A stretch of 64,000 bases of DNA. Source: Candidatus Omnitrophota bacterium. GTDB lineage: Bacteria; Omnitrophota; Gorgyraeia; Gygaellales; Profunditerraquicolaceae. Numbering within the stretch: the first letter of the stretch is position 1; each line of letters starts with the position of its first letter. The notes beneath the pieces are model-generated. The model was not told the origin of the DNA and did not search any database. It saw only the letters and a program-made list of their open reading frames with translations. Below are positions 55,817 through 64,000 of this stretch, in pieces. The DNA lies in assembly GCA_041662125.1 (NCBI GenBank), contig JBAZTA010000003.1:135992-199991 (forward strand), read 5' to 3'. The translations under genes and the position numbers were made by a program.

Positions 55817-55845
55817 ATTATAACCTATAATAAAAGTAATGTCAA
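55817..55845 (-). promoter_or_regulatory. consensus sigma-70 promoter upstream of pilA (TTGACA-N17-TATAAT on the minus strand)
   Basis: The minus strand reads ttgacattacttttattataggttataat. Perfect -35 and -10 hexamers with 17-nt spacing lie about 75 nt upstream of the pilA ATG. The RBS 'gggggag' precedes the start. Confidence 0.6.
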
Positions 55846-55861
55846 AGAATAATGTACTCAC

Positions 55862-57085
55862 TTAGTGTATCTGGCTGATCTGGAAAATAGGCATAAACAT
55901 GCCAATAATGATAAACCCGGCGCCTACCCCTATTACCATCAGTAATATCGGTTCAAACATTGCCGTGACGCGTGTTAAAAAAGTATCGACGTAATCTTGA
56001 TAAAAAACATTTAACTTTTTGAGCATGCTTGATAATTCGCCGACTTCTTCTCCTATCGCGATCATTTGAACTGTCATTGGATCAAAGAAGCCGCTTTTTT
56101 CAATCGGGACGCTTAAAGGCTTGCCTTCCCTGACCTCATCCTTTATCTTATGGATTATTTCTCCTAAGGTAATATTATTGACACTGTGTTCTGCGATCTC
56201 CAATGAAAACAGGATGGGTACCCCACTTTCAACTAAAGTCGACATTTCAGAGGTAAATCTTTCTACCACAAGGACTTTAAAAAATTCACCTACCTGGGGT
56301 AAATGGAATAAGAAATTTTCAAAAACTTTCCTGCCATTATGCGTGCTTAAATAAATCCGCAGGAGATAAACTCCAAAGATACCCGCAAAAAGAGTTACAA
56401 CAAAATAATCCTTGATCGCTGCGCTCACGGTGATCAAAATTTGAGTGATCAAGGGTAACTGAATATTAAAACCTTTAAATAAACTGGCAAACTGAGGTAT
56501 GATCTTCATACTCAGGAACATTAAAGCAGAAACACACGCTATGAGCAGAATGACAGGATAAACTAATGCCGATACAATCTTGCGTTTAAAAGCTTCATTG
56601 CGTTCCAAATACCCTGCTAAACGGGCTAATACCATAGCCAAACTTCCGGAGGCTTCTCCACTTTCAACCAGATTTACCCAAAGTTCTGAGAATATCGCGG
56701 AATGGCGCGCCATAGCTTCATGAAAGCTTAATCCAGCTTCCATGTCGTGCTGTAATGCTTTGATAACATTATAAAGCTTTACACTTGTCACCTGCTGTGA
56801 AATGATCTCAAGGCTGCGTAAAATGGTGACTCCGGCGCCTAATAATGTTGCTAACTGGCGGCAAAAAAGAACGAGGTCTTCGCTGGTATAAGAAAAGTGT
56901 TTTCTTCTTGAACTTGATTTGCTCGTTGTGTCAGCAGTAGCAAGGTTGCTATCGAGCGAGATATTGATAATGATCCATTCTTTTTCTTGCAGGCGGCTGA
57001 TAAGTTCGTCATGCGAACCAGCTTCTTCAATTCCTTCAACTTTTTTACCGGTTCTATCCCGGCAGGTATAAATATATTTAGGCAT
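55862..57085 (-). CDS. pilC: type IV pilus assembly platform protein PilC (GspF family)
   Basis: 407 aa. Two T2SSF repeats, each followed by a TM helix. Position next to pilB. Confidence 0.85.
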   Translation of the reverse strand: MPKYIYTCRDRTGKKVEGIEEAGSHDELISRLQEKEWIIINISLDSNLATADTTSKSSSRRKHFSYTSEDLVLFCRQLATLLGAGVTILRSLEIISQQVTSVKLYNVIKALQHDMEAGLSFHEAMARHSAIFSELWVNLVESGEASGSLAMVLARLAGYLERNEAFKRKIVSALVYPVILLIACVSALMFLSMKIIPQFASLFKGFNIQLPLITQILITVSAAIKDYFVVTLFAGIFGVYLLRIYLSTHNGRKVFENFLFHLPQVGEFFKVLVVERFTSEMSTLVESGVPILFSLEIAEHSVNNITLGEIIHKIKDEVREGKPLSVPIEKSGFFDPMTVQMIAIGEEVGELSSMLKKLNVFYQDYVDTFLTRVTAMFEPILLMVIGVGAGFIIIGMFMPIFQISQIH

Positions 57086-57104
57086 TTTTTTTCGCGGGAG
57101 TTTC

Positions 57105-58835
57105 TTAGGAGATGTATTCAGATCCTAAGGTGATCGCCAAAACTTCTTCTAATGAAGTAATCCCATCAAGCGCTTTCTTAATGGCTGAATCGTAAAGGGT
57201 CTGCATACCCGCTGATCTCGCCACTTCACGGATTGCCTGAAACGTAGCCTTTTGAGAGACTAACGCGCGGATCTTGTCTTCAACAACCATGACTTCTGAA
57301 ATAGAGAGCCTCCCCTTATATCCGATATGGTTGCATTTAGGGCAGCCTTTCGCGCGGTATAAAAGCTCAGCCTTAAATTGAGCCGCCCGTAACTGTTCGG
57401 CAGAGGGCTCATAGGCTTCTTTACATTCAGGGCATAATTTACGTATTAAACGTTGAGCCACAACAAGTAAAAGCGAAGGCGCAAGCATATATGGTTCTAT
57501 TCCAATATCGATCAACCTGCTGATAGCCGAAGGCGCGTCATTAGTATGTAATGTACTTAAGACTAAATGTCCGGTTAAAGCAGAGCGGATGCAAATTTCA
57601 GCAGTTTCCAGATCACGGACTTCTCCCACGAGTATAACATTCGGGTCCTGCCGCAAAAAACTACGCAAAGCGCTTGAGAAGGTAAGGCCGATTTCTGGCT
57701 TTACCTGGACCTGGTTTATGCCATCAAGTTTATATTCAACAGGGTCTTCTATCGTGACAATGTTCTTGGTGGGGTTTTTAATTTCGCTCAAAATAGCATA
57801 TAACGTCGTTGTTTTTCCGCTTCCGGTAGGGCCGGTCAAGAATACTAAACCGTAGGGGGAATTGATGGCAGAACGGATTTGTTCAAGTTGCCTTGTGTCA
57901 AAACCAAGCTGCCGCAAATCAAGCACAACATGGCTTCTGTCCAAGATACGCATAACTACCTTTTCCCCGTAAATTGTCGGGATGGTAGATATTCTCAAAT
58001 CAATAGGCCGATCGCCAATACGGACTAAAAATGCTCCGTCTTGCGGCAGTCGTTTTTCAGCGATATCAAGCTTACTTAAAATCTTTACGCGCGAAATAAT
58101 CGGCATATGTAAATGTTTAGCCGGAGGGGGGATCTCATAGAGTTTTCCGTCAATACGGTAACGCAATGATATCCGGTCTTTAAAAGGCTCAATATGGATA
58201 TCTGAAGCGTGTTCGTCAATCGCCTGGCGTATGATCAAATCAACCAATTTGACAACGGGAGCTTCTTCTGCACGCGCAATAAGTTTATCTAAGCTTAACT
58301 CTTGCTCAGTGCCTTCGAGCTCAAGTGAAGCAGCGTCAGAAGAAGAGCGGGTATAACTTGCTTCCACCGCTTCTTTAAACATCGTTGATTTTCCATAAAA
58401 ATCTTCAACAGCTTTCATGATCTCAGATTTGATGGCTAAAACTGAATTAATCTCAAAACCGGTGAGTTTGCGAAGGCTATCAATCAAAATTAAATCGAGC
58501 GGGTCAGTCATTGCTACCGTTAATGACTTAAGGGTGCGGGATAAAGGTAAAACCACATTTTTCATCGCGAACTCTTGCGGGATAAGCCGTTCCAACCCCT
58601 GATCGGCAACAGGCTTTAATGTTTCTTTTCCCGCAGTGTAATAAGGCAAGCCCAGCTGCTTGCTTAAAACGGTGACGATTTGCTCTTCTCTAACGAGGCC
58701 TAATTTAATAATAACTTCGCCGAGCCTGCCGCCCTCGTTTCGCTGTATCGTGATAGCATGGTTTAATTGAGCCTCGGTCAGTAAACCTTCTTTAATTAAA
58801 AGTTCACCAAGCCGAAGATAGGTGTCTTTAGACAT
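57105..58835 (-). CDS. pilB: type IV pilus assembly ATPase PilB (GspE family)
   Basis: 576 aa. N-terminal GSPII_E_N domain, Walker A 'LTGPTGSGKTTTL', tetracysteine 'CPECK...CPKC'. Confidence 0.9.
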   Translation of the reverse strand: MSKDTYLRLGELLIKEGLLTEAQLNHAITIQRNEGGRLGEVIIKLGLVREEQIVTVLSKQLGLPYYTAGKETLKPVADQGLERLIPQEFAMKNVVLPLSRTLKSLTVAMTDPLDLILIDSLRKLTGFEINSVLAIKSEIMKAVEDFYGKSTMFKEAVEASYTRSSSDAASLELEGTEQELSLDKLIARAEEAPVVKLVDLIIRQAIDEHASDIHIEPFKDRISLRYRIDGKLYEIPPPAKHLHMPIISRVKILSKLDIAEKRLPQDGAFLVRIGDRPIDLRISTIPTIYGEKVVMRILDRSHVVLDLRQLGFDTRQLEQIRSAINSPYGLVFLTGPTGSGKTTTLYAILSEIKNPTKNIVTIEDPVEYKLDGINQVQVKPEIGLTFSSALRSFLRQDPNVILVGEVRDLETAEICIRSALTGHLVLSTLHTNDAPSAISRLIDIGIEPYMLAPSLLLVVAQRLIRKLCPECKEAYEPSAEQLRAAQFKAELLYRAKGCPKCNHIGYKGRLSISEVMVVEDKIRALVSQKATFQAIREVARSAGMQTLYDSAIKKALDGITSLEEVLAITLGSEYIS

Positions 58836-58837
58836 TA

Positions 58838-60355
58838 TTAATCTTTCTGCTCAAATCGATTTAAACTTGAATTTATGGAAGAAAAACGGTCAAAACCTAC
58901 AGATGCTGATTGTTCCCTGTCGGGTAAGACAACTTTTTTTGATTTGGCAAGCCTGAAACTTGAATCTTTTATAATATGGGGAGTAATAAATACCAGTAAT
59001 TCTCTTTCTCTGTTAATATCAGCATTTTTGTGCCTGAATAACGCGCCAATGATCGGCATATCACCGAAAATCGGAAGTTTAGTTTCACTTTGAGATAATT
59101 CCGTGCGGATCAAACCTCCCAGGATGATCGTTTCTCCATCTTTGATCCTGACGGTTGATTTTGTCGATCTGATTTCCGGATCTTTATATTGGGTTCCGTC
59201 AAACGTAGCACCAAGTTTTGCCTCGGAGACAGTGGGTACAAGAAACATCGTGATATCCCCGCTTTCAACATTGACCTGCGGAGTAACTTTTAATGATACA
59301 CCTGTTTCTTCTCGTTCAGCTGATTTTGTTGTAGTTGCTTCTCCCGATGAGCCCCCGACAACTGACGTTGCAAGGCCAATAGCCTCATTCGTGGTGATCT
59401 TTATTTCCGCGGTTTCATTATTGAGAGTTAGTATTTTTGGCCTCGCCAGTGATTTAGTGTCAGTCAGTACCCTTAAGAAATCAAGCGTAAGCCCCAGATT
59501 GGAGAACGTAACAACACCTTTATCTGTTACCCCTGTACCGTCACCTTGCTGTATAATACCATGTTCGCTTGGCGGGTTAGTATTAAACGCTCCAAAGGGA
59601 AATGTAGTATAGCGCGCGGCACTCATGACCGAAAGAGTAAATGAACCCGCAGACGACCAATTAAACCCTAATTTATCAACGGTATTTTTGCTCACATCAA
59701 GCATTTCCACCTCAAGCATGATTTGCGGTTGGGCAACATCAATTTCAGCGATCAATTTTTCAATGTTTCTCATGCGGCTGGGAATATCGGTTACGATAAC
59801 GCTATTTGTCCGTTTGTCTTCAACCACTGAGCCGTTTTCACTGAGCATTTTATCAATCACAGCTAAAAGGCCAATATCTTCCGATTTCGTAGATGTGGTG
59901 CTAGACGATGAAGTACTTTCCAGCGCATCTTTTTTTTCTTTTTCTATATTGGAGGAATCAACAGACGCATACTTAAGACAAAAAACTTTCGTAATAGTTT
60001 CTATCTGCGGTTTTCCCCAATCTTTTACGATAAAAATATTCGAATCCTGTTCTAATTCGTATGTTAAATTATTCGCTTTAAACAATTTATCCATAGCTGA
60101 TCTTATTTCCACTTTTTCTAAGAATACGGTAATTTTTCTGTCTTTAACTGATTCCGAAGCAATAAAATTTAATCCTGACTGGATAGATAAGATCTTCAGT
60201 ATATCATTAAGCCGTGCATCCTGAAAATCCATCGAAATAGTAAGCTCAGGGTCATTAAAAGGTAATTCTGGCGCAGCATATGTTATCCCAAGTGAGAGCA
60301 CTATTAAAAAAGATGACAGGGCAATACTGAATAGAGTATTACTTCGCATTTGCAT
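58838..60355 (-). CDS. pilQ: type IV pilus secretin PilQ
   Basis: 505 aa. Signal peptide, N-domains, and the C-terminal secretin core 'ETIILGGLI...LLVFITPHII' are present. Confidence 0.85.
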   Translation of the reverse strand: MQMRSNTLFSIALSSFLIVLSLGITYAAPELPFNDPELTISMDFQDARLNDILKILSIQSGLNFIASESVKDRKITVFLEKVEIRSAMDKLFKANNLTYELEQDSNIFIVKDWGKPQIETITKVFCLKYASVDSSNIEKEKKDALESTSSSSTTSTKSEDIGLLAVIDKMLSENGSVVEDKRTNSVIVTDIPSRMRNIEKLIAEIDVAQPQIMLEVEMLDVSKNTVDKLGFNWSSAGSFTLSVMSAARYTTFPFGAFNTNPPSEHGIIQQGDGTGVTDKGVVTFSNLGLTLDFLRVLTDTKSLARPKILTLNNETAEIKITTNEAIGLATSVVGGSSGEATTTKSAEREETGVSLKVTPQVNVESGDITMFLVPTVSEAKLGATFDGTQYKDPEIRSTKSTVRIKDGETIILGGLIRTELSQSETKLPIFGDMPIIGALFRHKNADINRERELLVFITPHIIKDSSFRLAKSKKVVLPDREQSASVGFDRFSSINSSLNRFEQKD

Positions 60356-60363
60356 ACCTCCTT

Positions 60364-60858
60364 TTACTTCTTTTTAGTAGTAACTTTTTTTAAATTAGTA
60401 ATGAAATCAACTGCAGGCGCATTAACGATGTACTGCTTGTTCATATATAAGACAACAATCCCATTCTTGGAAATTTCTATAATACGGGCACTGGCAATCA
60501 TATCCCCTTCTTTAACAACCTTATCATTAACAATCGCTTGTTTTAAACTGCCCCCCCAGATAATACCCTGGATTGTCAAAGCAGGAAGTGTCTTAGTTGT
60601 GGATGAATCAGTTTTTAATGGAGTTTTAGAAGTTATTTCCGCGCTATCAGGAATAAGTAAGTTTTTAAAAGGGTCTCGCCCAACATCCACATCATACTCA
60701 ACTGCAGGCCGGATTATTTTAAATTCTTCCTTTTTAATGTTCTGCCTTTTATCTAATTCATCAATAAGCCTGTCTGATTTAGTGTACGCCAAGACGGGAG
60801 TGCAGGCAAGAGTAGTAAAAATAACAAAAACTATTAACGTCAGTAATTTGCGGGCCAC
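60364..60858 (-). CDS. pilP: pilus assembly protein PilP-like (periplasmic/lipoprotein)
   Basis: 164 aa, signal peptide, beta-rich C-domain. Position between pilO and pilQ. Confidence 0.5.
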   Translation of the reverse strand: MARKLLTLIVFVIFTTLACTPVLAYTKSDRLIDELDKRQNIKKEEFKIIRPAVEYDVDVGRDPFKNLLIPDSAEITSKTPLKTDSSTTKTLPALTIQGIIWGGSLKQAIVNDKVVKEGDMIASARIIEISKNGIVVLYMNKQYIVNAPAVDFITNLKKVTTKKK

Positions 60859-61412
60859 TATTTTCGATACTCCTTTATTAAAAGCGTGCTGATCAAAAAC
60901 TCAGCTTCTATCTTTTTTGAGCTGCTCCCTGCATCACCCGAGGTTTGGGCAGTTACCGACAAACTATCGATCAAAAACACTTCGTTGCTATTTTCTAACG
61001 ATTTAACAAGTTGGCCTATCTTATGAAAACTATCTGTACTGATAGTCATTTCAAACGAATAATATGTATATAAAGGATACTCTTTCTGCATTTGCGGTTT
61101 CATCGAAAGTATTTTAACTAATGAGTTCTTTGCTAAAGTTGAAATAGAATTTAATATCACTCCGGGATCTTTTACATTAAGCAGCCCTTTATAGGCAGTG
61201 TATTGTTTCTCCGAGACAACTATTTCAGTTAAAATTGTATTTGCGACTTTTCCCTTTTCTTGCTCCAGCGTTAACTTCTTGAGGTCTTTTTGACCCGCGA
61301 TAAAAATATTACGCGCGATCATTGCACATATGCAAACAAATACAATATGAATTAACTTGCTTTTATTAATTTTACGCCCTTCAGCTAAATTGCGAAGAAT
61401 AGTAGTATCCAT
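60858..61412 (-). CDS. pilO: pilus assembly protein PilO-like
   Basis: 184 aa, one N-terminal TM and a coiled-coil. Synteny supports the call. Confidence 0.5.
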   Translation of the reverse strand: MDTTILRNLAEGRKINKSKLIHIVFVCICAMIARNIFIAGQKDLKKLTLEQEKGKVANTILTEIVVSEKQYTAYKGLLNVKDPGVILNSISTLAKNSLVKILSMKPQMQKEYPLYTYYSFEMTISTDSFHKIGQLVKSLENSNEVFLIDSLSVTAQTSGDAGSSSKKIEAEFLISTLLIKEYRK

Positions 61413-61423
61413 TTTTTTGAGTT

Positions 61424-62986
61424 TTAATTGGCCTTACAAATGATCGTAAATTTAGTTACCACAGTATCCTGCATACGCTTGTTCTCGATCGATTCAATTC
61501 TGATCAGTTTAAAGATTTTATTAAAAGACTCGTTAGCTTTCAAGGTCGACACATAAGAATTTGCCGCCCCGATTTCTTTATCATTATCCCCCAAATAAGC
61601 CACACAGGATAATCTCATTTCTGCCGGCGTATCTCTATCGCTTGAAATATCTTTCCTAAACTTGAACTCTTCAATCCATATCCCTGATGGCAGGAGTTTC
61701 ACTATTACGCTTAATTGAGGAGTGATAAAAACCTGTTTTTCGATGATTTTTTTTATAGCCCCTAATTTATCTTTTAAGTCAGTATTAAGTGTTTTTAATT
61801 GATCATTAGTTGAAGTATTGGCTGCGAAGCTGACTTGAGGCCTTTTTGCAACAAGATCGCTAATGTTGTTCTTAATCGGTGATTTTATATATATGTTAAA
61901 GAGTATTGAAGCCACAATAATACAAATACCCAAAACGATCATTTTAGGCTCTATACTGATCCCTTGCACCAGCGTTTCAACGTGACGGTCAACAGTTGAT
62001 TGTTTTTTAGAAGTCTTAGGCTTATCTTTTGAAGTCAATAAATTGATCTTGATGGATGTTTTTATGCCTTCGAATAAAGCGCCCGCATATGCTTTTAATA
62101 CGACCAGAGAAAATGGAGCGGCTTTGCCAAGAATGCTCTTCTGGTCTATGAAATGAGAGATAATATCTTTTTCTTGCGCTATCGACTCCAAGGCGCTGCG
62201 CAATTCTTCATTGGCGAGGAAATACGAATTTTCGATCTTTTTTGAAGGAAACTTACGGTTATAAAAATCAATAGAAACACGCAACTCCGCCTTTATTTTT
62301 TCTACATCAACAACACTTTCTTTTGGTTCTGATCCCGGCGCTGTTTGCTCGGAATCGCTTTTTAAAATAATGTCGCGGGAAAATAAAGGAAACCCGTCCT
62401 GCAAAACAAGAAAATTAACCTCATCATTCTCAATACTGTCGATATTGAGAACAACTGAAATGCCCTTTTCTTTAACACCCGCCATTTTTAATAAACGGAT
62501 GGCACTGAATGCCGAATATTCAATCGAACGAATTTCAAGGTTAAGCTGTTTAAACATGGCAAAGTACTGCTCGAGAACATCCCTTTTTATCCCGACCAGT
62601 AATACCATGCTTTTCTTCGAAACATGGTCAAGCGATAAATAATAATCAAAGACCAATTCTTCTAATTTAAAAGGGATATATTTTTTTGCTTCAAAGGTTA
62701 CCGCGCTATAAATCTCATCACGGGGGAGTACCGGGATATCAAAAGTACGAATAACCAGGGAATTTCCCGATAAAACCAGGTCAAATTTCTTGGCCGACAG
62801 CTTATTTTTCCTAAACTCATCTTTGAGCAGGGCTATCATTTTAATTTCTTCCGGGACTTTGTCTTCAACGGTATTAGAAGACAAAGTTAACCGAGAGACC
62901 TTAATTTGATTGATAATTTTCTTGCCTGAAACTTCAACAACACTTATATCCCGAGGCCCAAAATATATTCCAGCCGAATTGCTCAT
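61424..62986 (-). CDS. pilM: PilM-PilN fusion (actin-like ATPase fold plus TM/coiled-coil PilN-like C-terminus)
   Basis: 520 aa. The N-terminal roughly 350 aa have a PilM-like architecture. A TM helix 'MIVLGICIIVASILFNIY' and a periplasmic region follow, where a separate pilN would normally sit. Confidence 0.55.
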   Translation of the reverse strand: MSNSAGIYFGPRDISVVEVSGKKIINQIKVSRLTLSSNTVEDKVPEEIKMIALLKDEFRKNKLSAKKFDLVLSGNSLVIRTFDIPVLPRDEIYSAVTFEAKKYIPFKLEELVFDYYLSLDHVSKKSMVLLVGIKRDVLEQYFAMFKQLNLEIRSIEYSAFSAIRLLKMAGVKEKGISVVLNIDSIENDEVNFLVLQDGFPLFSRDIILKSDSEQTAPGSEPKESVVDVEKIKAELRVSIDFYNRKFPSKKIENSYFLANEELRSALESIAQEKDIISHFIDQKSILGKAAPFSLVVLKAYAGALFEGIKTSIKINLLTSKDKPKTSKKQSTVDRHVETLVQGISIEPKMIVLGICIIVASILFNIYIKSPIKNNISDLVAKRPQVSFAANTSTNDQLKTLNTDLKDKLGAIKKIIEKQVFITPQLSVIVKLLPSGIWIEEFKFRKDISSDRDTPAEMRLSCVAYLGDNDKEIGAANSYVSTLKANESFNKIFKLIRIESIENKRMQDTVVTKFTIICKAN

Positions 62987-63174
62987 TGTTTATCCTCTAC
63001 TTTAGATGTTGTCCTTCTGCTGCGCAACCATGTATCAACATCTCTGCGATTAAACCTCCAGACCCCTCCAACTTTTATGCCGGAAAGCTTCCCTTGAGAA
63101 AGCCAGTTATAAATCGTCTGTTTTTGTAATCGCAGATAATCAGCTAATTCGTCTATGTTCATTAACCGTGTCAT
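62983..63174 (-). CDS. HTH_17 (excisionase/MerR-like) DNA-binding protein
   Basis: 63 aa. 'MNIDELADYLRLQKQTIYNWLSQGKLSGIKVGGVWRFNRRDVDTWL'. It overlaps the pilMN start by 4 nt. Confidence 0.6.
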   Translation of the reverse strand: MTRLMNIDELADYLRLQKQTIYNWLSQGKLSGIKVGGVWRFNRRDVDTWLRSRRTTSKVEDKQ

Positions 63175-63300
63175 TCTTCTACCTTTGCTGTTTTACATAA
63201 CTGTTAATATTCAAACATAATGTATCCATTTTGTCAACTGTTTTTTTACTTATACTTACTTATAGTTACTTTACTAAGAATCTTCGACGGAGATTTGGCT

Positions 63301-63332
63301 ATAACAAACTTATGTAAAACATAACAAACTTA
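63301..63332. promoter_or_regulatory. 12-bp direct repeat ATAACAAACTTA, two copies 20 bp centre-to-centre, in the promoter region upstream of the HTH/pilMNOPQ operon
   Basis: Direct reading gives ataacaaactta-tgtaaaac-ataacaaactta. A nearby reiterated 'ttact' tract lies at 63248-63278. Confidence 0.35.
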
Positions 63333-63455
63333 CTTGCTTTATAATATCTTCATGAAATTAACATAAAAAACCCTCTAAGAACAATCTCTGATCAAAGAAG
63401 GTTCTCAACGAAAATAGAATCGAATATTCTATAATAAATAGGATGACGTATTAAA

Positions 63456-63812
63456 TTAAGGATAGGTGTAATCTGTATGCAGCAAAATTTGACGAATGCC
63501 ATTAGCATTAGGAGCGCCAACGGTTATAGTGACCCTATAGGGGATATCCGGATCATTTACTGTACAGCCAGAGCTGCACAGTGTGTAGGTATTAGTTGTC
63601 CAGTTTTGCAATCGAAGGTTTTCTCGGGTTAAATTCATTGCCGCCAAAACAGCATAATACGCCTGAAGCCGGCTCACCTGGTGATAGTTAAGCCTTGACT
63701 GATTTAAGATGATGTTCAGGACCACTTGACTTAACGCGGCAACAATAAGCAAGGTGATCAAAACAATGAATATGACTACGCCGCGCTTATTGTTCCTCTT
63801 AAGCTTAACCAT
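63456..63812 (-). CDS. PilX-like / pseudopilin-like protein (N-terminal TM, no canonical prepilin cleavage motif)
   Basis: 118 aa. 'KRGVVIFIVLITLLIVAALSQVVLN' resembles PilX N-termini. Confidence 0.4.
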   Translation of the reverse strand: MVKLKRNNKRGVVIFIVLITLLIVAALSQVVLNIILNQSRLNYHQVSRLQAYYAVLAAMNLTRENLRLQNWTTNTYTLCSSGCTVNDPDIPYRVTITVGAPNANGIRQILLHTDYTYP

Positions 63813-64000
63813 TTTTTCTTAAAGCGACGTTGTATTCATTATTCGTTTTTTGTAAAACAACATGCCCTTCACGAGCCAGCCATCCCAAACTCATCAAAAC
63901 TTCATCACGAGGCTTATCTATACCTTGTATCAAAACATGTAAATCGACTTGCCCGTGCTGGTCTAAATAATGCCAAATCTCTCCGGCAATAATGCCGATT
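63805..64000 (-). CDS. winged-helix domain protein, partial (N-terminus beyond window end)
   Basis: Hand translation gives '...IGIIAGEIWHYLDQHGQVDLHVLIQGIDKPRDEVLMSLGWLAREGHVVLQKTNNEYNVALRKNG*'. Its stop overlaps the start of the next gene in an ATGGTTAA arrangement. Confidence 0.4.
   Translation of the reverse strand, partial: IGIIAGEIWHYLDQHGQVDLHVLIQGIDKPRDEVLMSLGWLAREGHVVLQKTNNEYNVALRKNG

Noticed and set aside
59103-60224. 169-aa and 199-aa plus-strand ORFs rich in Ser/Thr/Val
   Set aside because: They are antisense shadows of pilQ. Their low-complexity composition reflects the opposite-strand codon bias.
60350-60892. 180-aa plus-strand ORF
   Set aside because: It is antisense to the pilP-like gene and runs into pilO. 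It has no motifs.

Overview
This 64 kb window is from an AT-rich (estimated ~40% GC) bacterial chromosome, probably an uncultured lineage. Every credible gene is on the minus strand.

Positions 1-28 kb are housekeeping genes:
- A partial AAA+ ATPase at the window edge.
- cimA, lysC, apgM, coaB, thrC, hom and gpsA.
- A Gly/Tyr/Thr tRNA cluster, then nnrD, acpS, pdxJ, cdaA, folP and ftsH.
- tilS with an adjacent tRNA(CAU), a response regulator, dgkA, a bactofilin, an MgtC-family protein and tsaD.
- A polysaccharide-deacetylase-like gene, ctpA and gatCAB.
- Four PilZ-domain genes are embedded in these operons.

Positions 28.5-49.7 kb are the stand-out region, a roughly 21 kb co-directional gene array:
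- A membrane-anchored protein made of about 12 tandem Ser-His-Gly (His-Xaa-Ser) repeats, encoded by a 9-bp DNA tandem repeat.
- An A24 prepilin-peptidase-like protein, a Cys-rich secreted protein, and a protein carrying an 'LNDTYAFLE' motif that resembles the HxsD signature.
- Three paralogous small signal-peptide proteins.
- Twelve consecutive radical-SAM ORFs carrying about 16 CxxxCxxC domains. These include two double-domain fusions, a 925-aa B12-binding tri-domain protein, a SPASM-type enzyme and a MiaB-like methylthiotransferase.
- I read this as a greatly expanded, probably undescribed His-Xaa-Ser (Hxs)-like radical-SAM maturation system.

Positions 49.6-53.7 kb hold rsmE, a membrane protein, and an AmmeMemoRadiSam system in which MEMO1 and AMMECR1 are fused, followed by tRNA-Ala.

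Positions 53.9-64 kb hold a complete type IVa pilus locus: four pilins behind a consensus sigma-70 promoter, pilC, pilB, pilQ, pilP, pilO and a pilM-pilN fusion. It continues into a small HTH gene, a PilX-like protein and a partial winged-helix ORF at the window edge.

I saw no CRISPR array, transposase or integrase.
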